From: Gammaproteobacteria bacterium
GTDB lineage: Bacteria > Pseudomonadota > Gammaproteobacteria > SZUA-229
Assembly: GCA_016191795.1 (NCBI GenBank)
Contig: JACPVK010000437.1
Coordinates: 1 to 29,753, forward strand
Length of the DNA: 29,753 nucleotides
Direction: 5' to 3'
Shown here: positions 15,909 to 23,726 of the stretch, one piece after another
How positions within the stretch are numbered: position 1 is the stretch's first letter
How the letters are laid out: the number at the start of each line of letters is the position of its first letter
The notes under the pieces: generated by a model
Seen by the model: only the letters and a program-made list of their open reading frames with translations
Told to the model about the DNA's origin: nothing
The model's database searches: none
Program-made: the position numbers and the translations under genes

Positions 15909-16811
15909 TTAATATTTCGTTGCAAAAAATTGTGCAATCAATGGCTGAAAATCAGTTAACCCATCTACACCACTGGCGGATACACACCCCTTAAGGTAAT
16001 ACGTATAATTCCCTGCGGCATTGACAGGATAAATAACCTGCATGCTATAAGGCGCATATTGACCTATTGAACAAGGCTGGTTCACTGCTGTATAAAAATA
16101 TGATATTCGATCAAATGTACTACCAGCGGATGCATCATCCAATGCAAGTCGTGCTTGTGTACTAGCGTCATACAAACACATTAATCCGGCTGCTGACACT
16201 AATACATAACCACTACTTGGAGCTGCTACAGTAACCGATGTAATATTACTAAAATTGTATGTACTACCGCTGCAAATACCCGTCATATAGCTGGATACCT
16301 GGCCAAAGATAGCACTCGCGTATTCTATCCCTGGCTCATTACTTGTGTGAGTACTGGTAATACCCGCGTTAGACACATCGATGGTTACATATCCTGTCGT
16401 ACCTCCACCAGTCAGGCCAGACCCTGCCGTTACACCTGTAATATCACCACCGGAATTATCATCCAGCTCACATACCACCGATCCATCAGCATTAACAGTA
16501 CGTATTGCGTAACCGGCAGCACAACTGCCGGTTACACGATTCTGTTTGGCTGTATCGAGATTAGTAATGGCGACCGAATTGGATGTAATAGCTGCTGCGT
16601 TACTATTAATATCACTGGTATTGGTAGTGATGCGCGCATTGTTATCATCTACGGCTGCTTTGACAGCTGCGAAATTGGCATTGACATCGGCTGCAATAGC
16701 CGGTGTACCGGCCGTGAATGTATTGGGCACAGTGAGACTGTCGGCCAGCAACGCATCAGCCATGATTGTCATTAAAATTGTTGTTAAAAAATATTGGGTT
16801 GAAGTTTTCAT
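15909..16811 (-). CDS. Exported fibre/adhesin-like hypothetical protein (300 aa)
   Basis: Signal peptide; NTFTAGTPA.AADVNANF; Asn-rich heptads; CAAGYAIRTVNADGSVVC; Gly-rich GDITGVTAGSGLTGGG; beta-rich C-terminal domain; GGGAG RBS. Confidence 0.8.
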   Translation of the reverse strand: MKTSTQYFLTTILMTIMADALLADSLTVPNTFTAGTPAIAADVNANFAAVKAAVDDNNARITTNTSDINSNAAAITSNSVAITNLDTAKQNRVTGSCAAGYAIRTVNADGSVVCELDDNSGGDITGVTAGSGLTGGGTTGYVTIDVSNAGITSTHTSNEPGIEYASAIFGQVSSYMTGICSGSTYNFSNITSVTVAAPSSGYVLVSAAGLMCLYDASTQARLALDDASAGSTFDRISYFYTAVNQPCSIGQYAPYSMQVIYPVNAAGNYTYYLKGCVSASGVDGLTDFQPLIAQFFATKY

Positions 16812-16823
16812 GATATTTCTCCC

Positions 16824-17003
16824 TTATTGCCAGTTTTTTTCATCCCAGTTAGCCTGATCCCACACAGCCTCTGTCGAAGGCGCAGGGTTTGGTGCAGGCG
16901 GTGCCGAATCGCCACCGCCGCCGCAGGAAACCAGAAAGAAGCTGCATAGCAACATGATGGGCAATATAAAAGCGGCTGACCTGATGTGTCGTTTGTTTTC
17001 CAT
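16824..17003 (-). CDS. Small lipoprotein, 59 aa (MENKRHIRSAAFILPIMLLCSFFLVSCGGGGDSAPPAPNPAPSTEAVWDQANWDEKNWQ); not in ORF track
   Basis: AAGGAG RBS; lipobox LVSC (Cys27) + GGGG; Pro-rich linker; WDxxxWDxxxW tail; stop 12 bp before the next gene; translated by hand. Confidence 0.8.
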   Translation of the reverse strand: MENKRHIRSAAFILPIMLLCSFFLVSCGGGGDSAPPAPNPAPSTEAVWDQANWDEKNWQ

Positions 17004-17072
17004 CCTGGCGACTCCTTCATATACAAGTTAAATTGTGGTTTTCAACTGCCCTGTCCATAGCAAATGCCGTAT

Positions 17073-17124
17073 ATGAAAACTAACCCTATAGAAGGACATT
17101 GCCTATCCCGTAAATACGGTACAA
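17073..17124 (-). promoter_or_regulatory. Conserved promoter/operator module, copy A
   Basis: ATGAAAACTA-N21-TATCCCGTAAATACGGTACAA; matches the copy at 20302-20353 in 10/10 and 18/21 positions of the two blocks. Confidence 0.65.
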
Positions 17125-17319
17125 ACGGGATGTGACCAGGGCATGCGCATCATCTTATTGATATATGTCATGAATATTGATGAGTAATCTCGCTTATTGT
17201 CATATCACCTTTCCAGGTGACTACCCATGTCACGCCAATTCATCCAGAATAAAACGATATCTGAATATTCAGCATAAACCGTGTAAATTTCCGTAATAAC
17301 CGCCGAATTGGAGATCACA

Positions 17320-17973
17320 ATGTATTCGGTATTATTAGTTGAGGACGAAGACAGTACTCGCGAGCGTCTGGCACAGGTGATAGAAAATCACCCGGATCTC
17401 AAACTCATTGAAAAAGATGCCACCGTAGCAGACGCCATGGCCTGTTTAAAACGTGAACAGCCGGATGTATTGTTGTGTGATCTGGGTTTACCCGATGGTA
17501 ATGGCATTGAACTCATCAACGAAGTTCGTAACCGAAAATATAAAACCGAAACCATGGTTATTACCGTGTTTGGTGATGAACAGCATGTGGTATCTGCCAT
17601 TGAAGCGGGGGCAACTGGTTATCTTCTAAAAGATGGACGCGCAGATTATATCGCTGAGAGTATTATACAAATGATGGCAGGTGGCTCACCTATTAGCGCA
17701 TCGATTGCCCGCCACTTGTTAAAACGTTTCAAGATCAGCTCACACGATAACTATCAGGATGAAATACAACAAAAACTCAGTAAACAGGAAATCACCGTCT
17801 TGAGTTATCTGGCCAAGGGCTTTAGCTGCGCGGATATTGCCGGTTTTCTGGATATTTCATGCCATACAGTTACGACACATGTTAAACGTATTTATCGTAA
17901 GCTGGCTGTACACTCACGTAGTGAGGCGGTATACGAAGCCCATAAAATGGGAATTATCAGCCTGGATGAATAG
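17320..17973 (+). CDS. NarL/LuxR-family DNA-binding response regulator
   Basis: LLVEDE, PDVLLCDLGLPDGNG (phospho-Asp), GATGYLLK; C-terminal LuxR HTH (LSKQE..VL..LAKG...TVTTHVKRIYRKLAVHSRSEAV); GGAG RBS before ATG 17320. Confidence 0.95.
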   Translation: MYSVLLVEDEDSTRERLAQVIENHPDLKLIEKDATVADAMACLKREQPDVLLCDLGLPDGNGIELINEVRNRKYKTETMVITVFGDEQHVVSAIEAGATGYLLKDGRADYIAESIIQMMAGGSPISASIARHLLKRFKISSHDNYQDEIQQKLSKQEITVLSYLAKGFSCADIAGFLDISCHTVTTHVKRIYRKLAVHSRSEAVYEAHKMGIISLDE

Positions 17974-18034
17974 TACCGATATACACACCGCATCGTATTA
18001 ATACGCCGTTAACTACACACAATTTTTCATAATC

Positions 18035-18058
18035 AAAAGGCCCGCTATTTGCGGGCCT
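18035..18058 (-). terminator. Intrinsic terminator of the FN3 lipoprotein gene
   Basis: AGGCCCGC-TATTT-GCGGGCCT stem with a U-run on the minus strand. Confidence 0.7.
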
Positions 18059-18086
18059 GTGCTTTGTGTTTTTGTGAAACGTCAGG

Positions 18087-20225
18087 TTATCGTCCAATAT
18101 ATTCAATTATCGGCCAATCCGCTGGACCATTCCTGTAATAAAAACTTCCAAAAGGATAATTCAACTGAATATTTTCACAAGTATTGCATAACCTGAATGT
18201 AATAATTGACGCATAATTCGGCCATGAAACCAGTGTTGCTGTTCCTGAGCCTACATAAGCCCCATCATCATAGAATGTCCAGCCACCACTACTGGTGAAA
18301 TTAAAACGCGCAGTATGCACCAGCGTTGAGCACGAATAACAATAGTAGACGCCATCCCATGAGCGTGAACTCGAAAATCCACTCAACATATTACCTAACG
18401 TTGGATTATTAACTGTCAACGTATAGGTTTGCCCTGCTGTCACCGTTACATTGCTGGTACCGAGAAACCAGATATCACGAGTTGTACTGGAATTGTAGAA
18501 TCCCACACCCCAGGCCACGCTCACACTGCCGCCGGAAGTAAATACATAATCCGCACTACCCGATGGCAAAATGACATAGGGATAATTGATTTTCTGTACG
18601 GAGTTTAACCTCAGATCTATCATGTCATACTTGGTGTTATTGATAATTCTCAGTGTAGCCGTAGTATCTCTGGCCACTGTTATGCACACTGGCGCACTCC
18701 ATACACTCGCCAAAGACACACGATAGCAGTACGTGCCATTAGCCTTGTTACTGAACGCATATTGATAAGGCACTGTCGTGTCATACGATAAGTATGAAGT
18801 AGGGCTGGAAAAACTGGTGTCAGAATCTTCCTGAATTGGCCAGTTTGAAGCCGCCAGGCCTGTTACCGACCAGGACAAGGTATAACTACCCGTCGTGCTT
18901 GTTGTTGGCAAACTCAAAGTGATTGATGTTGAAATTACCGTATTGAATATAGCGGTAACAGTCATATTACTACCCAGACTTACTGTGCAGTTACTTCCTG
19001 AGGTGCTGGTGCAACCACTCCAGCTTACAAATGTAGAACCTGAACTGGCCACTGCCGACAAGACAATGCTGGTGCCACTTGTTGCGACATGCGTACAGTC
19101 AGATCCACAGTTAATACCGGTACCGGTTACCGTACCTGATCCAGTACCGGATTTGTTCACGGTTAAGGTGTAATTAACTACGGCAGATTGTGTTGTTGCA
19201 TTTGCGGTTGCAGCGATACTGGGCCCTGCATTGTTATACGCAAGTACACGATAATAATACGGCGTTGAAGCCTGCAGCCCTGATGAATCAGTATACGTTG
19301 TACTATTCGCTGCAATTTGTGCTACTTGTGAATAACTGTTTGTATTTAATCCACGCTCAATCCGATAACCACTTTCATTGGTTGCCATATCTGTCCAGTT
19401 GAGTCGAATGCTTGAAGCTGAAAGCGCCGTTGCACTCAAACCTGCTGGTGCAGCAGGCAGGGTTTGTGAAGCAGCCGAGGTTGTGGCCTGTACCATACCT
19501 GAATACGCAGAGTTGCCATAGGCATTGCTTGCCCGCACCTGGTAGTAATACGTTGTTGATGCATTCAGATTCATATCGGTATATGACGTTACATTCGTTG
19601 TCACATTACCTATCTGGGAAAAATTATTTGGTGAGCCAATAGCACGCTCAATCAGAAAACTGGATTCATTATTCGAATTATCCGACCAGGACAAACTGAT
19701 ACTGCTTGATGTGTAACTCGTTACAGACAGACCAGTAGGTGCATCAGGCGCAACGGAAGAACCACCGCCTGTGCGAGTACCGCTTACTACTGTCGAACCG
19801 CTACACAATAGCGTTCCATTTTGCGTATTACGTGCCTCCCAATAGGCAGTACCTGTAAACGTATCGCCACTGATAGTCAGTGAACTACTGGTTATAGTGA
19901 TCCATAATCCGTCGTAATTATCATAATATTGCCCTGTCCATGACAAGCTATTACCGGTTACGGTACCGCTAAACGTACCGTCATTAGTCACCACAGATAT
20001 ACTACTGCCAGACTGCGATATCGTTACCGTATATTGATCTGTATCACCCGAGCCGCCGCATTGTGTGTTGTTGATATCCTCATAAACTGACCAGGTACCC
20101 GTGACATCAGCTGGTGTCACACTTCCACCACCACCTCCACCACCGCAGGCAACCAGAAACAAACCAAGTGATATGAAAAATGGCAGCAGGATAAGATGCT
20201 TGAAGACTTGCAGATATTTTTTCAT
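18087..20225 (-). CDS. Ser/Thr-rich surface lipoprotein with fibronectin type III repeats and an InlB-B-like bacterial repeat (712 aa)
   Basis: Lipobox LVAC (Cys27) + Gly run; two clear FN3 (APDAPTGLSV...WSD...YYYQVRASN; PAAPAGLSA...WTD...YYYRVLAYN); YTLTVNKSGTGSGTVT...CGSDC...FVSWSGC. Confidence 0.88.
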   Translation of the reverse strand: MKKYLQVFKHLILLPFFISLGLFLVACGGGGGGGSVTPADVTGTWSVYEDINNTQCGGSGDTDQYTVTISQSGSSISVVTNDGTFSGTVTGNSLSWTGQYYDNYDGLWITITSSSLTISGDTFTGTAYWEARNTQNGTLLCSGSTVVSGTRTGGGSSVAPDAPTGLSVTSYTSSSISLSWSDNSNNESSFLIERAIGSPNNFSQIGNVTTNVTSYTDMNLNASTTYYYQVRASNAYGNSAYSGMVQATTSAASQTLPAAPAGLSATALSASSIRLNWTDMATNESGYRIERGLNTNSYSQVAQIAANSTTYTDSSGLQASTPYYYRVLAYNNAGPSIAATANATTQSAVVNYTLTVNKSGTGSGTVTGTGINCGSDCTHVATSGTSIVLSAVASSGSTFVSWSGCTSTSGSNCTVSLGSNMTVTAIFNTVISTSITLSLPTTSTTGSYTLSWSVTGLAASNWPIQEDSDTSFSSPTSYLSYDTTVPYQYAFSNKANGTYCYRVSLASVWSAPVCITVARDTTATLRIINNTKYDMIDLRLNSVQKINYPYVILPSGSADYVFTSGGSVSVAWGVGFYNSSTTRDIWFLGTSNVTVTAGQTYTLTVNNPTLGNMLSGFSSSRSWDGVYYCYSCSTLVHTARFNFTSSGGWTFYDDGAYVGSGTATLVSWPNYASIITFRLCNTCENIQLNYPFGSFYYRNGPADWPIIEYIGR

Positions 20226-20301
20226 GGCAACACCTTCCTTAGAGATTTATATTTATTGCTGCCAGAGCAAATAGCAAAACAATAAATTGGAATTGATTGG
20301 C

Positions 20302-20353
20302 ATGAAAACTACCCTAAATGATGTATTCCAGGTATCCCCTAAATCCGGGACAA
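20302..20353 (-). promoter_or_regulatory. Conserved promoter/operator module, copy B
   Basis: ATGAAAACTA-N21-TATCCCCTAAATCCGGGACAA, plus a second 7-2-7 dyad TACCCTA-AA-TGATGTA (20310-20325). Confidence 0.65.
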
Positions 20354-20576
20354 GAATTGTTATCTGCATAATAAATATGAAAATTTGTTGCTATATATCA
20401 AATTAACAGGTGTTAACTAATTACATAGCTGTAATCATGGCACGAGTGGTACACACCCCCGATAAAGCTGTATATTTGGTTCATAACATCAACATCATCA
20501 GATCGGACTAATATAAGTCACCCTGTTTAATAACTTTGTAATTAACTGTGAATACAACCCAACTAAAAAAACAATA

Positions 20577-22451
20577 ATGCCCATCATTTCCATTCAGCTA
20601 TCAATGATCTTACGTGGTGTAGCCCTGGTTCTTTTATTTATTACTCAAACAGTCATGGCAAATGAGTTGGGCGCGCCTGTTATTAGCTTCCAACAAGCCT
20701 GGTTTAATGATTCACAACACGACACACCGCCGCCCCCTTATTTGGCTAGCTGGCGGCAAGTTTATTTACCTGACAACTGGTATCGATCCCATCGAAAGGA
20801 TGCCTCGCCTGCCTGGTATCGCCTGCAATTCGATATAGCTGATGCAACTGAAACCTGGGGTATATATTTGTCCGCTGTTAATACCAATGCAGAAGTCTGG
20901 CTAAATGGTGAATACATAGGTAATGGTGGCAGCATGCATGACCCGGCTGCGCGTAACTGGTATCGCCCGCTGTATTTTACCGTACCCAAAAATCATCTGC
21001 TGTATGGTAGCAACTCTCTCTTTATCCAATTGCTGCCAAAAAAATCCGGTTTTGGATTTTTAGGGCAGGTTTATATTGGCCCGGATGTTCTACTTCGGCC
21101 TGTTTACGAACATCGTATGCTGCTCAAACAAACCGTTACCGGTGCCTCAACATTATTGCTACTCAGCATCGGCGCTTTTACTAGCTTAATCTGGTTTAAA
21201 CGCCGCAAGGAAAGCCTCTATGGCTGGTTTGCAGCAGGCTGTTTCTCCTGGGCATTTTTTGTATTTGATATGTATGCACAACATATTCCAGTGCAGGAGC
21301 GATTATGGGATACGCTGGTTTTCTCCGCTGTTGGCTGGCTGGTTATATTTATGACAATATTTTTTTATCGATTCTGGAATATACATTACCCGCGCTATGA
21401 ACGTTTTTTAATATCTTTTGGATTAATCGGCACGACCATACTCTATCTCGTGGGTGACAAATATTTTTATTTTGTTTCATCCTATATCTGGGATAATTTG
21501 CTAATCATTTTTTCTACCTACATGACCTGGTTTATTATCACCCAATGCCTGAAGTGGCCATCCAAAGAAGCCTGGTTACTGGCGATAGCACTAGGCCTCG
21601 TCGTGTCTTTTGGCGGCCACGACAATCTGGTACAAATGGGCATACTTGAAGTTGACAGCATTCGATTACTGCCCTATGGCGCACCCTTCTTTCTTGGTGT
21701 AGTTGTATGGATGCTGGTAAATAGATTCGTAACAGCCCTGGATGAGAAAGAGCAGCTCAATTACGAACTGGACCGGCGCGTACAAACCAAAAGCCTGGAA
21801 CTGGAAGAATATTACACGCACATTAAAAAAATAGAACGCGAAAAAATACTGGCTGAAGAACGAGAACGCATTATGCGCGACATGCATGATGGTACCGGCG
21901 GGCTACTGGTTGCGGCATTGGCTCAGGTTGAAAAAGGCAATATAAACAAATCCGTATTGAGTGAGATACTGCAAAATGCCCTGGATGACATCCGCCTGAT
22001 GATTGACTCACTGGATCCGGTTGATGAAGACATTGTAGCCGTGCTGGCTATGTTTCGCTCCCGTATGGAAGCCAGGCTACATTACAGTGGTATCAGAATT
22101 GTATGGAATATAAAAGATGTACCTGTTATACCTGAATTGGGTCCGGAAAGAGTTTTACAACTGACTCACATTCTTTATGAAGCTGTAACCAATATTATCA
22201 AGCATGCCAACGCGGATACCATAACATTTCGTACTGGCATAACCACCGAAGAGAATAATCATAAAAATATTTTTATTGAAATTGAAGACAATGGCACAGG
22301 CCTCGGCACCGACATAGAAGAAGGCAACGGCATCGCTAACATGTATTACCGTGCAGCGACAATAAGCGCACGCCTGGAAATATCAAACACTGAAAATGGC
22401 GCTGTTGTTCGCATTCTACTACCGCTGTCGTACTCAACAATAGAGCCTTAA
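20577..22451 (+). CDS. 7TMR-DISM sensor histidine kinase (sugar-binding-like periplasmic beta-sandwich, 7 TM, HisKA_3, HATPase)
   Basis: WYRLQF...AEVWLNGEYIG...GSNSLFIQL extracellular domain; seven hydrophobic segments; ERERIMRDMHD, EAVTNIIKHA, IEDNGTG, GNGIANM. Confidence 0.9.
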   Translation: MPIISIQLSMILRGVALVLLFITQTVMANELGAPVISFQQAWFNDSQHDTPPPPYLASWRQVYLPDNWYRSHRKDASPAWYRLQFDIADATETWGIYLSAVNTNAEVWLNGEYIGNGGSMHDPAARNWYRPLYFTVPKNHLLYGSNSLFIQLLPKKSGFGFLGQVYIGPDVLLRPVYEHRMLLKQTVTGASTLLLLSIGAFTSLIWFKRRKESLYGWFAAGCFSWAFFVFDMYAQHIPVQERLWDTLVFSAVGWLVIFMTIFFYRFWNIHYPRYERFLISFGLIGTTILYLVGDKYFYFVSSYIWDNLLIIFSTYMTWFIITQCLKWPSKEAWLLAIALGLVVSFGGHDNLVQMGILEVDSIRLLPYGAPFFLGVVVWMLVNRFVTALDEKEQLNYELDRRVQTKSLELEEYYTHIKKIEREKILAEERERIMRDMHDGTGGLLVAALAQVEKGNINKSVLSEILQNALDDIRLMIDSLDPVDEDIVAVLAMFRSRMEARLHYSGIRIVWNIKDVPVIPELGPERVLQLTHILYEAVTNIIKHANADTITFRTGITTEENNHKNIFIEIEDNGTGLGTDIEEGNGIANMYYRAATISARLEISNTENGAVVRILLPLSYSTIEP

Positions 22452-22467
22452 AATGATGCGCCAACAA

Positions 22468-22494
22468 AAAAGCCAGAGATGTTCTCTGGCTTTT
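22468..22494. terminator. Bidirectional intrinsic terminator
   Basis: AAAAGCCAGAGA-TGT-TCTCTGGCTTTT between convergent genes. Confidence 0.85.
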
Positions 22495-22517
22495 AATCAC
22501 TATACTTTCAAATCGCT

Positions 22518-23699
22518 TTACAAACCATATTTCACAATCAGATTGATCATGGTCACCTGCGAAGAAAGCAATGCAGACTCGGTAGCCACTATATTGGTGC
22601 TTTGCAACTGCTGGGTGAGTACGATTTGATCAGCCTGCAGACCAATGTTATCCGCCATTTCCAGAATCAAATCCGCTTCTTCACCAATGCTGTTGGCCAT
22701 TAAGCCAATATCGCTGGACATGTTCAGAATACTGTCTACAGAAGCGGCCAGTGTTGGCGTGGCAGTAACTGAATTAATACTATTTAGCGCTACGGTATAA
22801 CCCTTGAGTGCCGTGGCCAGTGCGGCGACTTTTCCACTGAGATCAGCCAGCGTAATCATGGATTGCTGGTTAACGGTCATGGTGCTCATAACGGCGTTCA
22901 CATCAATCAGGCTGTTTAAACTCGTAACCGTGCTTTTCAGCGAGGCCACACTGGTTTCAATACGCGCCAGTTCTGTCGCGGAATTAACGGCCGTTAACAC
23001 CACGGCGTTCATATCAGTTTCGAGGAGTGTGGAAATACTCAGCTGATTGAGCAAATCCGTGTTGTAAACAGACGTGTCTATTTGTGACACCAGATTGATC
23101 ACATTAGTCTGTGCAGTGAGCGTGTTTTGCAAGGTTAAATTAAGATTGCTGCTCTGGATATTCTGCGTGGTGATAATGCGATCTGCCATCAAGCCGATGT
23201 TATCCGACATCACCAGAATACGATCAGCCATCTCGCCAATACGATCCGCCATGGTGCCAATATCATCGGACAAGGCAAGCATCAAACTAATGCCTTCCGC
23301 TGTATTGAGCTGATCCACTGAAGCGGACAAGGTATTCAGACTGGTAGACAAACGTACAGCTTCACTACCAATACCAACATACACACTGCTGAGACTGTCC
23401 AGCGTTGTCAGCATACCGGTATCCAGTGTAATCGGTGACGCCAGCGATGAATTAACTGTGGCGATATTATTTATATGCGTTGAAGACGCGCTTTTAGCGC
23501 TTTTCAAAGGACCGCAAATATTATCCGCCGTGAGTGTGGTACCGGCCAGTTTGGTTTTAAGGCTGTTGGCTTCGGTGAGCAAGGCCTGTAAATCAGTTGC
23601 CAGTGTTGCCTGCGCGTTGCCAGAAAATGCAACACTTGTAAGAAACAGGCTCATTATAACCAGTGCATGCGCCATCTGTTTATGCATAAAATTTTTCAT
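22518..23699 (-). CDS. Exported helical protein with MADRI heptad repeats, paralogue A (393 aa)
   Basis: Signal peptide (...SGNAQA); IGTMADR-IGEMADR-ILVMSDN-IGLMADR at about aa 147-174 with a degenerate second copy at about aa 331-358; ends KYGL. Confidence 0.85.
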   Translation of the reverse strand: MKNFMHKQMAHALVIMSLFLTSVAFSGNAQATLATDLQALLTEANSLKTKLAGTTLTADNICGPLKSAKSASSTHINNIATVNSSLASPITLDTGMLTTLDSLSSVYVGIGSEAVRLSTSLNTLSASVDQLNTAEGISLMLALSDDIGTMADRIGEMADRILVMSDNIGLMADRIITTQNIQSSNLNLTLQNTLTAQTNVINLVSQIDTSVYNTDLLNQLSISTLLETDMNAVVLTAVNSATELARIETSVASLKSTVTSLNSLIDVNAVMSTMTVNQQSMITLADLSGKVAALATALKGYTVALNSINSVTATPTLAASVDSILNMSSDIGLMANSIGEEADLILEMADNIGLQADQIVLTQQLQSTNIVATESALLSSQVTMINLIVKYGL

Positions 23700-23726
23700 T
23701 AAATATTTCTCCAGATAAAACTCGGC

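Noticed and set aside
16808-17026. 72-aa ORF from the track (MYMKESPGW...)
   Set aside because: Another frame on the same strand encodes a lipoprotein with RBS, lipobox and Trp tail; the track ORF overlaps the next gene and has no recognisable features
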